DNA from: a virus
Taxonomy: Duplodnaviria; Heunggongvirae; Uroviricota; Caudoviricetes
Strand: one strand, 5' to 3'
DNA: 64,000 nt
IMG/VR virus record: IMGVR_UViG_3300005805_000054
Location: 31,428 to 95,427 of that record
Each line of letters opens with the position of its first letter. Within the stretch, counting starts at the first letter, position 1. The position numbers and the translations under genes were made by a program. This document shows, one piece after another, positions 9,788 through 18,693 of the stretch. The notes beneath the pieces are model-generated. The model did not search any database, was not told where the DNA came from, and saw only the letters and a list, made by a program, of their open reading frames with translations.

Positions 9788-10323
9788 CTTGTGTTAATTA
9801 CATTCCAGTTTATTATTTTCCATTGTTCGGATAGATATTTCTTTTTATTTGAACCATAGTCCAATAAAAACGCATGTTCCCACCAGTCAACTAATAACAA
9901 TATGTCATTGCGAACTTGATGATTTGGTATTGTTTTGATCTTACCATCAGTTGCTAAGTATATCCAACCACTACCTTGAATCTTCATAGCCTCAGTTTCA
10001 AACTGATCCTTCATACTATCATATGAGCCGTAGTGTTTGTTGATAAAGCCCATCATAGGACCATTTGGTTTATTATTGTTTCTTACTTCACGAAACTGAG
10101 GGAACAATGTATTATGCAAGAATGCACCTGCATAATTAAAGTCTCTATCGCCCTCTTTCTTGTTGTATCGTTCAGCATAACCATGCGCTAACTTGCCATA
10201 GTGTAAGTCCAATGTATCTACTGACAACACAGGACTTACCTCACTTGGCTCAAAGTTAAGCTGAATGATTTCTATATCTTGAGGCTTTGACTTATCCTCA
10301 AGTAACTGAATGATATCACGCAT
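9769..10323 (-). CDS. sodA: Fe/Mn superoxide dismutase
   Basis: 184 aa; LHYGKLAHGYAERYN..., ...FLHNTLFPQF..., DWWEHAFLLDY (the D-x-WEHAYY metal-ligand motif). Confidence 0.8.
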   Translation of the reverse strand: MRDIIQLLEDKSKPQDIEIIQLNFEPSEVSPVLSVDTLDLHYGKLAHGYAERYNKKEGDRDFNYAGAFLHNTLFPQFREVRNNNKPNGPMMGFINKHYGSYDSMKDQFETEAMKIQGSGWIYLATDGKIKTIPNHQVRNDILLLVDWWEHAFLLDYGSNKKKYLSEQWKIINWNVINTRWGQSL

Positions 10324-10324
10324 T

Positions 10325-12838
10325 TTAGTGTCTTAGTAACAACGTTGATATGATGTTAGGGTCATTAGCACTGATATCACCTTCGCCCGGAGCAACGATA
10401 ACATTGTACTTCATACCTTGAGGTATCGACTTACGCTTAGCCATATACTCATCGTATGATAAGATACTGTTAGCACTTAGTCCATACTCACTAGCCAATC
10501 TTTGTTTTAGTTCAGGTAACTTGTCAGGTTGTACTTGCCATTGGCCACTTGCCCCCTTAACTAAGTTTTTCTTTTCATCCTTAACTAACAAATCTTGGAA
10601 CAAATCATCTGGAACAATACGACTATTCTTAGTTGTATCTAAGTTGGCATCTTTTGCTTTAACTTGTTTCTCTTGACTTGTGTTAGCACCTTCACTCCAG
10701 TTGATAATGAAGTTAGGTGGTTTCTGTGCAAGTGCGGCACCTGCCATTTTTGTGTAAGCATAGAACTTAACATCAGGATGCTTTGCAGCCATCTTTAATG
10801 CCATGTCTAAGTATTCCGGACTAAAGAAGTCACCAGCATCGTGCCAACGAACAGTTGTTTGCCAGCCATTAGGGAATTTCTTATCACCTTTTTTACCAGC
10901 AACTGATTCTTTTGTAATCTCAGCACTTAGTTGATTGAAGAAGCCATCTGGGTCGTTCAATAGATATGTCAAGATACGACCGTCACTTTGCCACGGACCT
11001 TGGAACTGAACTTTACCACCCTTCATAGCGAAACAATCTACTTTACATGAACCAGCACCTGGACATGTGTTAACAATGATTAGATTGTTAGTTTGTTCAT
11101 CTAGTGCGATACCAGTCAATGCAGCAAAGCCAACGTTGAAGAATTGTTCAAACTCTCCGTTACTATGCTTCATCTTTTCGTTCTGCTTTAATAATGCTTT
11201 AGGACGAATCGCTAGAGTTTTCTTAACTGCGTCTTCATCATATGTCTTACCATCAGGACTCAAGTATGACACAACGCTTGAACGATGGATATAAGGCATC
11301 TTGTATCTGTCGCTCTTAGTCTTACCGGACACATACTTTTCATTGCCCTTCTTGTCAGTCTTGACATTACCTTGTTTGTCTACATCGGGCGTACCGACAA
11401 TACGATTCATATAGTCTTGAAACTCTTGACCACCAAACTCACGACTTTGTGCTGGTAGTTTAGTTGCTTCTTCTAAGCCAGATAGTTTACGAATTCTGTT
11501 TAAATGTTCTAGGCCTTCCGCCACAGCTTGCTTCAACTTTCTTCTTAGCATTGATTTGGCTTTATCAATGTCCATTCGGATATATGATCGTTCCATCCCA
11601 AACATTTCTGCTGCGGCGTTAGTCAATTCCTCGATATGATTTTTGAGTTCATCTACTGACATTTTTGAAAGATTAGGTTCCTCGGAATAATCAGAGCCTT
11701 CCGCCACACCTTCGTCTAAATCTGGATTCATCTTCTCGTATTCTCCAAGACCTTCGAACCAGCCCTCGTCATATTCTTCCGCTTCTTTGCTTCTAAGAGG
11801 AAAAGGATTGCGTTTTCTATTACCATTATACCCGTCACTAAATCCTTGGTCGTAAGGATCATCATAGCCCTCCGCCACACCTTGATCTTTGATGTTTAGT
11901 TGCTTTTTAGTATAGGCCACTGCGTCATCTAATGCGACCAAACCTTTTTGTTCAGAGTTCTTGCTCAATCCAGTATCATAAAGTTCATCACCGTTATAGA
12001 TACGAACCTGCCACCCCATTCCAGTATTGACCAAATCGTGTCTAAAGTTTCCTACCTTGACTGACTTGACTACATTCTTTCCCGAGCCTTCCGCCACACC
12101 TTGCTTTAAGCAATGTTTTAATTCTGCTACTGCTTCTTCATATGAGTCATAGCCCGCATTGTCTATATCGTAAGCATAACACTTCATATACCACTGACCA
12201 ACACCAGGACTTGACTCGCGGTCAATACCAACTTCGCCTACTGGTTCACCGTTTTTCTTAAACACGTTGCGTTGTTGGTCTGCATGACCTTCCGTCATGC
12301 CTTGCTGCCTGGCTTTTCTTTCAGCCGCCCTACGAGCAACTTCTTTTGGTGTGTGTGGGGTGCCATCAGCGTAAAATTTTGTATCTTTGCCGTACTTGGC
12401 CTGGCGAATGGCCTTTTGTGTTTTTGCTAAAGCAACTGCATCTCTAAATTGTTTTGTATCTTCAATGTCATCCAAAGAGCCTTCCGCCACACCTTGCTGT
12501 TTTCTACCATAACCTTGTCCGGCTGCTTTCAGTCCTTTGGATTTTTCGTTGCGACCTTTCAAGAAACCGGCATTATAATGTTTGAAGTTGTCTCCCCACT
12601 CTGCCTTGGCACGGTCCATATTATTACCTACACCTTCACGGCCATGTTTTAGGCCATACATATATGCAGTTCTTACTATGTCATTGTCTGTTAAGCCTTC
12701 CGCCACACCTTCTTCTGATTCTTCACCGGGCATGTCGCCAGCTTTAGCAACGAATTGCTGAGGTGTCATAATTTGGATACCACCAGGTGCTCCGGGCATC
12801 TTTGGCTCAGCGCCTTCCATTAAATGTCTGATTTTCAT
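10325..12838 (-). CDS. large (837 aa) protein with seven GVAEG/GMTEG repeat linkers and a ~400 aa C-terminal Cys-rich domain; candidate processed polyprotein / internal virion protein
   Basis: Seven copies of (Q/E)GVAEG (one is GMTEG) encoded by the near-identical nucleotide repeat ccttccgccacacc at 11514, 11694, 11866, 12084, 12286, 12477 and 12694; C-terminal domain contains NTCPGAGSCKVDCFAMKGG. Confidence 0.6.
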   Translation of the reverse strand: MKIRHLMEGAEPKMPGAPGGIQIMTPQQFVAKAGDMPGEESEEGVAEGLTDNDIVRTAYMYGLKHGREGVGNNMDRAKAEWGDNFKHYNAGFLKGRNEKSKGLKAAGQGYGRKQQGVAEGSLDDIEDTKQFRDAVALAKTQKAIRQAKYGKDTKFYADGTPHTPKEVARRAAERKARQQGMTEGHADQQRNVFKKNGEPVGEVGIDRESSPGVGQWYMKCYAYDIDNAGYDSYEEAVAELKHCLKQGVAEGSGKNVVKSVKVGNFRHDLVNTGMGWQVRIYNGDELYDTGLSKNSEQKGLVALDDAVAYTKKQLNIKDQGVAEGYDDPYDQGFSDGYNGNRKRNPFPLRSKEAEEYDEGWFEGLGEYEKMNPDLDEGVAEGSDYSEEPNLSKMSVDELKNHIEELTNAAAEMFGMERSYIRMDIDKAKSMLRRKLKQAVAEGLEHLNRIRKLSGLEEATKLPAQSREFGGQEFQDYMNRIVGTPDVDKQGNVKTDKKGNEKYVSGKTKSDRYKMPYIHRSSVVSYLSPDGKTYDEDAVKKTLAIRPKALLKQNEKMKHSNGEFEQFFNVGFAALTGIALDEQTNNLIIVNTCPGAGSCKVDCFAMKGGKVQFQGPWQSDGRILTYLLNDPDGFFNQLSAEITKESVAGKKGDKKFPNGWQTTVRWHDAGDFFSPEYLDMALKMAAKHPDVKFYAYTKMAGAALAQKPPNFIINWSEGANTSQEKQVKAKDANLDTTKNSRIVPDDLFQDLLVKDEKKNLVKGASGQWQVQPDKLPELKQRLASEYGLSANSILSYDEYMAKRKSIPQGMKYNVIVAPGEGDISANDPNIISTLLLRH

Positions 12839-13191
12839 TTCATATTCCTAATTTTTTGTTCGGCAATCATTACTAATTCTTGCATCTGTTCTACACTCTC
12901 GCAGTTCCATCTACGTAATGCTTTATTGATTGGGCTATCCGGATCTCTCTTAGTCTTAGCACTTGCATGTGCCTTCTTCATGCCACTCATACGAGCGCAG
13001 AATGATTTACGGCGTTTGGCAGCTTTAGAACCCTTCTTTAGTTTTGAAGGCTTAGTGGTAACAGCAGTCTTTAGTTTAGATCCTGGATTTTCCCTACGAT
13101 ATGCTTTTACCGCTTTACGGCTCATACCAGAAGTTTTGTCCTTTTTATTGACCTTTTGCCAATCTTCATTGATAATTTCATCTGCTCTCAT
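12835..13191 (-). CDS. small highly basic protein (Lys/Arg-rich), possible DNA-binding/internal protein
   Basis: 118 aa; about 30% K/R; ATGA-overlap with the downstream big ORF on the same strand. Confidence 0.5.
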   Translation of the reverse strand: MRADEIINEDWQKVNKKDKTSGMSRKAVKAYRRENPGSKLKTAVTTKPSKLKKGSKAAKRRKSFCARMSGMKKAHASAKTKRDPDSPINKALRRWNCESVEQMQELVMIAEQKIRNMK

Positions 13192-13208
13192 TTTAGTATC
13201 CTAAATAG

Positions 13209-13237
13209 TTGACTTTATTGCGTAGGTATGCTACACT
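13209..13237 (+). promoter_or_regulatory. candidate sigma70 promoter for uvdE (TTGACT-N17-TACACT)
   Basis: TTGACT 13209-13214, TACACT 13232-13237 in the divergent intergenic region. Confidence 0.35.
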
Positions 13238-13267
13238 GTATCTATTATTTATCATTTTGGTCTATCT

Positions 13268-14299
13268 ATGTATACAAATCAGTCAGTCAAACGCATTGGA
13301 TTTGCGTGTAAATGGGCAGAAATCAATAAGAAAGGTGAGATTGTTTCAGCCGAAGGTCTTAACACAGGCGGTACAACACAAGCATGGGCAAAGCGTAACA
13401 ACCGTAGTGTAGTAGAAGAAAAGATTATGGATGTTGCTAAACGCAATATTCTCAATACACATGCACTAGTTAAGAAAGTTGCAACACTTAATCCACAATT
13501 GCGTATGTTGCGTCTTACTAGTGATATGTTTTCATTTTATACCATGGATGGATACAAAGATTTCTGGCATAGTACCGATGTACAGAATAGCTTAGAACGT
13601 TGGATGGCACCTATCGGTGAAACTGCACGTGCCAATGATGTTCGTCTAAGTTTTCACCCCGATCAGTTTGTAGTTTTAGCAAGTGACCGTGAAGAAGTAG
13701 TAAATAAGAGTATAGAAGAATTTGAATATCATTGTGACATGGCTCGATGGATGGGTTATGGGCAAAAGTTTCAAGATATGAAAATCAATGTACATATCTC
13801 AGGACGTAGAGGACCACAAGGCATTAGAGATGTATACAACAGATTGTCGCCAGAAGCGAGAAACACACTTACACTAGAGAATGAGGAATATACACATGGA
13901 CTATCTGACTGCTTATCATTATCTGACCTCGTACCTACGGTCATGGACATCCATCACCACTCCATTCGGGAAATTGAATATATTAAATCTACTGATGACC
14001 GCATTAAAAAGGTTATTGACAGTTGGCGTGGTGTTCGTCCTACTATCCATTATTCTATTAGTAGGGAAGATGTACTTATCAACCATTCCAGATCAATCTT
14101 ACCCGATGTTAGTGCGTTGATTGAATCAGGACATAATAAACAAAAGTTACGGGCCCATAGTGACTATATGTGGTCAGATGCCGCAAACGATTGGGCATAC
14201 ACTCATTGGGATTGGGCCGATGTTATGGTGGAAGCAAAAGCCAAAAACCTAGCTAGTTTTAAACTGTTTGAGTATTGGAAAAGCCTTGAAATGAAGTGA
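13268..14299 (+). CDS. uvsE: UV DNA damage endonuclease (UvdE/UvsE family)
   Basis: 343 aa; collinear matches to the recalled B. subtilis UvsE sequence: VRLSFHPDQFVVLASD, INVHISGRRGPQG, TLTLENEE, MDIHHHS, HSDYMW, ADVMVEAKAKN. Confidence 0.8.
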   Translation: MYTNQSVKRIGFACKWAEINKKGEIVSAEGLNTGGTTQAWAKRNNRSVVEEKIMDVAKRNILNTHALVKKVATLNPQLRMLRLTSDMFSFYTMDGYKDFWHSTDVQNSLERWMAPIGETARANDVRLSFHPDQFVVLASDREEVVNKSIEEFEYHCDMARWMGYGQKFQDMKINVHISGRRGPQGIRDVYNRLSPEARNTLTLENEEYTHGLSDCLSLSDLVPTVMDIHHHSIREIEYIKSTDDRIKKVIDSWRGVRPTIHYSISREDVLINHSRSILPDVSALIESGHNKQKLRAHSDYMWSDAANDWAYTHWDWADVMVEAKAKNLASFKLFEYWKSLEMK

Positions 14300-14914
14300 T
14301 GGGTCTTTTTTGATAGATGCGACAAGTGTTTGGCTACATCCTAATATTTTAGAAATTTTTTTAACAGAATATCCTTCTGCGATAAATCTGAATATTTCTA
14401 TTAACGCATCTAGTCTATGCTCGTTTTTAGATTTGATGATAGAAATTTTTCTATCAATGGAACAGGGTAGTTTCTTACCAAACATCCCGTTCTTGTCTCC
14501 TTTCTTAGAAAGAGATAAATTTTCTTTCCAAGATGAATTCATTACCCTTCCTACAAAAGCCCTGGACCATTTTTCTTTTGTTTTGTCCGACGGTTTCCAT
14601 CCTTCTTTTGTTGGGGGTCTACTTCCTCCTTTATTAGCATTCCAGCCAATATTTCTATTTGGTCGTAGTGCTTCTTCCAATAAATAACATCCTTCTTCGG
14701 TACCTTGAAAAATAATAGTTTGAGTTATCTCATGTGTATGTTTCTGTAATACCCTACCAAAAAATGGATTTTTATCATTATATGTTCTTGAATCGTTTAA
14801 ATGTTCAGAGAGTCTGCGTTTGGGATTATTAGAAACACCTACATACCCTTCTGAGTTGATATCAGTATGATGCGGCAAATGAATCCAATAGACGGAATGC
14901 GTATAAATAGTCAT
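14249..14914 (-). CDS. GIY-YIG homing endonuclease (Seg-like)
   Basis: 221 aa; N-terminus MTIYTHSVYWIHL...GYVGVSNNPKRRLSEH (GIY-YIG core), basic C-terminal DNA-binding region; overlaps the 3' end of uvdE convergently. Confidence 0.7.
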   Translation of the reverse strand: MTIYTHSVYWIHLPHHTDINSEGYVGVSNNPKRRLSEHLNDSRTYNDKNPFFGRVLQKHTHEITQTIIFQGTEEGCYLLEEALRPNRNIGWNANKGGSRPPTKEGWKPSDKTKEKWSRAFVGRVMNSSWKENLSLSKKGDKNGMFGKKLPCSIDRKISIIKSKNEHRLDALIEIFRFIAEGYSVKKISKILGCSQTLVASIKKDPSLHFKAFPILKQFKTS

Positions 14915-15045
14915 GCTGATTGCTCCTTTGTAGCATTAGAGAGGGTGGGTATTTCCAGTACCGCGACTCTCATTTTTATTTATCATTTTACTTGACTTCT
15001 TGTGGTAAATATGATATGATTGACTGACTTACATGAAAGATACAA

Positions 15046-15477
15046 ATGTTTAACAAAATAAAAAATCTATTTAAGAAACCGGAAGTTATTCCTGAAGTAA
15101 AGAAAGAAAAGAAGCCTCGCAAGCCTAAGGAGAAGAAGGTTGCACCTGAACTTACTGCTAAAGAAAAAGCAACACAGGCAGGTGAGCCTTATGTTAACAT
15201 CATTAAGATGGAAGTAGATCCTAAGGACCTGAACAGCGGTCATATAGAACTTGACTTCAACGATAAGTTTGTATTGAATCTAATTCGTGCAGGTTACAAA
15301 ATGAAAGATACCGATACAGATAATGATATCGTAGATCGCTGGTGGACTAATTTATGTAGAGCAACTGTATTAGAAACCTTTGAACAAGAAATCGCTGATC
15401 CTGATAAACGGGCACCCGGAGATGTACGCAATGTAGTCACTCGGGATTTAGGAAACGGTCGTACTGAGGTTAGTTAA
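15046..15477 (+). CDS. hypothetical protein with Lys-rich N-terminus
   Basis: 143 aa ORF; ATGA overlap with the downstream HNH gene. Confidence 0.45.
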   Translation: MFNKIKNLFKKPEVIPEVKKEKKPRKPKEKKVAPELTAKEKATQAGEPYVNIIKMEVDPKDLNSGHIELDFNDKFVLNLIRAGYKMKDTDTDNDIVDRWWTNLCRATVLETFEQEIADPDKRAPGDVRNVVTRDLGNGRTEVS

Positions 15478-16520
15478 TGATTGAATGGCCAATAGAAATA
15501 ATAGATTCCAAATACAGAAGATGGTATGAGGGAATTATAAACAAAGCCAATAAACGAGGACTACCTGCTAAAAAATCTTCAATGCAATATGATGGTAACT
15601 ATACTGAATTACATCATATAGTCCCTAGGTCATTCGGTGGCAAGGATGATAAAACTAATCTAGTGCGGTTTACTGCCAGAGAACATTTTATATGTCATTG
15701 GTTATTAGTGAAAATGACAACAGGTAAGCATCGTGCTAAGATGGTAACTGCATTAATAATGATGACTGGTCAAGGAAGTAAATCTGCAAGATATTCTAGT
15801 ATCAATAAAAATAGTAAATGGTATGAAAAAATAAGAAAAGAATATGCTGAACAAGTCAGTAAAAGAATGTCTGGTAGAAAAGTTTCAGAAGAAACTAAAA
15901 AGAAATTAAGTATTGCTAAGACTGGCACAAAAATGTCAGATGAAGTAAAAAGAAAACAAAGTGAACGACAAAAAGGAAAGCCTAGAAATTTATCAGAAGA
16001 AGGTAGAAAAAGATTAATTGAAGCCCTAAAAAATAAAGTAGTAGTCGTATCAGAAGAAACAAGAAAGAAGCATAGCATAAACAATTCAGGTGCCGGCAAC
16101 CCTTTTTATGGTAAAAAACATTCACAAGAATCTATGGAAAAAATTCGTGAATATCATTCAAGACCCGAAATAAAAAAACAAAAAAGCGAGCGTGCCATGG
16201 GTGATAAAAATCCTGCAAAGCGCAGTGATGTTAGATTGTCTATTAGTAAAACACAAAAAGAAAGACTTGACAAAGAAAGAGCCACTGGTACCGGATACTT
16301 TAGTGCAGAACAAAAGGCTAAACGAAGCGAAGTGCAGACAGGTGCAAAAAACGGTAACGCAAAGACCTTTAAGTGTACATCTCCTAATGGGGAAGTACAC
16401 ATGGTTACAGGTCGGTTAAAAAAGTTTTGTAAAGAGTATAATTTATCATACGGATCTATTTTGGGTAAAGATATAGTGGAACATCGGGGATGGACTATAG
16501 AATTTATACCAAAAAAATAA
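15477..16520 (+). CDS. HNH homing endonuclease with NUMOD3-like repeats
   Basis: 347 aa; ELHHIVPRSFGGKDDKTNLVRFTAREHFICH HNH motif; repeated (S/K)EETKKKLS / NPFYGKKHSQES NUMOD3-type DNA-binding repeats. Confidence 0.65.
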   Translation: MIEWPIEIIDSKYRRWYEGIINKANKRGLPAKKSSMQYDGNYTELHHIVPRSFGGKDDKTNLVRFTAREHFICHWLLVKMTTGKHRAKMVTALIMMTGQGSKSARYSSINKNSKWYEKIRKEYAEQVSKRMSGRKVSEETKKKLSIAKTGTKMSDEVKRKQSERQKGKPRNLSEEGRKRLIEALKNKVVVVSEETRKKHSINNSGAGNPFYGKKHSQESMEKIREYHSRPEIKKQKSERAMGDKNPAKRSDVRLSISKTQKERLDKERATGTGYFSAEQKAKRSEVQTGAKNGNAKTFKCTSPNGEVHMVTGRLKKFCKEYNLSYGSILGKDIVEHRGWTIEFIPKK

Positions 16521-16523
16521 AGG

Positions 16524-16552
16524 TTGACAATAAATCATTTTGGGTGTATAAT
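16524..16552 (+). promoter_or_regulatory. early promoter cassette copy (TTGACAATAAAT-N-TATAAT)
   Basis: TTGACA 16524-16529, TATAAT 16547-16552, 17-bp spacer; followed by AGAGG RBS and ATG at 16584. Confidence 0.6.
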
Positions 16553-16583
16553 AGATGTATTGTAACTATTAAAGAGGTTTATC

Positions 16584-17324
16584 ATGGCTGGTAAAGAATA
16601 CTATGAAGGCAGGGATATGGAGAGCAATGTTATTCTCCATAGTCACTTAATCAAGTGTTTGAAATTTCAAACTATTGAAGTACGTGGTACAAACTCAACT
16701 AAAGGGGATGTAGTTGGTGTTGTTTCCGGTGTAGAAACTCCTATCAGTATCAAACACGGTAGTCAGAAAAATACGCAGGTACATTTACCCACGCTACGCA
16801 GTTTTGCTAAAGCTATGAACACACCTAGTGATATTACTGCTATGCTAGAACAATGGCTAGGTGTAGTAAATCAAAATCAATTTGAGGGATGGCTTAATGG
16901 CAAGACCCCGACTAAATTACAACAAAAGTATAAGCGTTTGTTTGCCAAAGATATTCCAAACTGGGATAATGTAGTAAAGTGGTTTAATGACAATCGTAAA
17001 ACACTAGCCGAACTATTAATTCAAGCAATGAATGGTGAGAAGCCGGCAAAGTATTTAGTGTGGGTAAACAAACAGAAAAAGTCATATCAAGTTGTTGATA
17101 TACAAACTCTAGTTGATTGGATTACTACAGATTGCATTTGGGTTACCGGTCCTCGTAATGGAGGTAGTACTTTGCGGTGTGAGTACAAAGGTAAACCAAT
17201 TTTTCATCTACAGATGAAAGGATCAGGTGGTTCGGGTGATGAGTACAATCACAACCCGCAATTTCACATTCATACATATTGGCCTGAAAAATCTATTATT
17301 CATCAAGGTGTTCTTGAGGCATAA
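16584..17324 (+). CDS. hypothetical protein
   Basis: 246 aa ORF with its own promoter and RBS. Confidence 0.5.
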   Translation: MAGKEYYEGRDMESNVILHSHLIKCLKFQTIEVRGTNSTKGDVVGVVSGVETPISIKHGSQKNTQVHLPTLRSFAKAMNTPSDITAMLEQWLGVVNQNQFEGWLNGKTPTKLQQKYKRLFAKDIPNWDNVVKWFNDNRKTLAELLIQAMNGEKPAKYLVWVNKQKKSYQVVDIQTLVDWITTDCIWVTGPRNGGSTLRCEYKGKPIFHLQMKGSGGSGDEYNHNPQFHIHTYWPEKSIIHQGVLEA

Positions 17325-17342
17325 ATACGTGACCGCAATTGT

Positions 17343-17370
17343 TGACAAGTTGCGTTTTAGAAAGTATAAT
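17343..17370 (+). promoter_or_regulatory. sigma70-like promoter (TTGACA-N16-TATAAT)
   Basis: TTGACA 17343-17348, TATAAT 17365-17370. Confidence 0.5.
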
Positions 17371-17375
17371 ACACT

Positions 17376-18629
17376 ATGCCAAAAAATTTAATATTTACCG
17401 AACAAGATTTTTTAAATCAGTTCAACCTACCTAACATTTCATTTACAGATTTTTGTAATAAAATTTGTGTACTTGATGTTATGGATCGTTCAGGTTCATT
17501 CGTTGTACGAAGTGACCTCGATACATTCGTAAACCGTGTCAGTAAAAAAGATGACAGAAAACAACGGTTAAATCTATATAAACAAAATCTATATAAGATT
17601 CTAGTTACAGATGCAAAGTCTACACTAACAGCTTGGTTTAAACGTTATGGTGAACTTAAAGAAAATGTTGACTATTACTTTAATATACCCAATGCTAATA
17701 TTTTAAACAATGATACCTTTACTGGTAGAACAAATAGCAAGTATGGTAAAATTTGTAAAAATATTAACTTTGTAAACTTCTATAATACAAAGAAACTATA
17801 CACGAACGATAGCGAATATACATTCGGCTTAATGCGTGTAATGTTTGAAGAATTCAAATTACGCAACAGTCTAGTGGGTCCTGCATTCTTTGACCATATC
17901 TGTAAGTATACCGATGATTCAGGTCAATTCTGGTTAGATTTTATGATCGGTGCTAATCGTGCTAGTATCTTTAACCCAGCAACATATAAAGGAATACTAG
18001 ACGAAGTATTTACTGGTGAAACTTTGTTTGCTCCGGTCATGGGATGGAATAGCTATCAGATTGCTTTTTATAACAGCAAATTCAAAAACTTTATTGCAAC
18101 AGATGTAATTCCTGATGTAGTAGAGAATGGTAAACTATTACAAGTTGAATATAACAAGTACAAAGATGCTAGTATTTTTGAATTAGCAGAAAAGAATATT
18201 GACTTATATTTGTGCCCGAGTGAACAATTAGACAGTAAACATGATTTTGGTAATAAGTATGCTAATAGTGTTGATGCTGTACTATTAAGTCCACCTTACT
18301 TTGATTTGGAAATCTATCCTAGCGATGACCAAAGTTTCAATAGTTTTCCTGACTATCAATCATGGTTACAAGGTTACTGGGAAGAAACAGTTAAGTTATC
18401 TGTTAAGGTAATGAAGCCCGGCGCTAAGTTTGGTTTTGTTATTAGCAATTATGTTAATAGACAGAAACAAATGACTACTATTAGTGAGGATATGCGTGAT
18501 GTAGTGCTAAAATATCTTACACTTGATAAGCAATATCGTGTACAGTGGAGTGCTATTTCGGGTACAAGACAAGCAAAGAAAACAAGAGGCGGTAACTTTG
18601 AAGATTTATGGGTATTTGTTAAGAAATAA
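17376..18629 (+). CDS. DNA methyltransferase (N6-adenine/N4-cytosine type, SPPY motif)
   Basis: 417 aa; LLSPPYFDLEIY motif IV of amino-methyltransferases. Confidence 0.55.
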   Translation: MPKNLIFTEQDFLNQFNLPNISFTDFCNKICVLDVMDRSGSFVVRSDLDTFVNRVSKKDDRKQRLNLYKQNLYKILVTDAKSTLTAWFKRYGELKENVDYYFNIPNANILNNDTFTGRTNSKYGKICKNINFVNFYNTKKLYTNDSEYTFGLMRVMFEEFKLRNSLVGPAFFDHICKYTDDSGQFWLDFMIGANRASIFNPATYKGILDEVFTGETLFAPVMGWNSYQIAFYNSKFKNFIATDVIPDVVENGKLLQVEYNKYKDASIFELAEKNIDLYLCPSEQLDSKHDFGNKYANSVDAVLLSPPYFDLEIYPSDDQSFNSFPDYQSWLQGYWEETVKLSVKVMKPGAKFGFVISNYVNRQKQMTTISEDMRDVVLKYLTLDKQYRVQWSAISGTRQAKKTRGGNFEDLWVFVKK

Positions 18630-18693
18630 CATTTGACAAAAACTAAATAGTAGTCTATAATAGACACATATCAACACATACCTACTTTCAAAA

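Noticed and set aside
11514-12712. Seven evenly interspaced near-identical 14-20 nt repeats (ccttccgccacacc): could look like a CRISPR-like array
   Set aside because: The repeats are in frame inside one long ORF (they encode GVAEG), the spacers are 170-400 nt and coding, and there is no leader or cas context. This is a protein-level repeat, not CRISPR.
14903-14910. Exact T4 late-promoter core TATAAATA on the plus strand (also at 51296-51303)
   Set aside because: These 8-mers are the reverse complement of the MTIYT start codons of the minus-strand GIY-YIG genes and have no appropriately placed downstream plus-strand gene, so they are coding coincidence rather than promoters.
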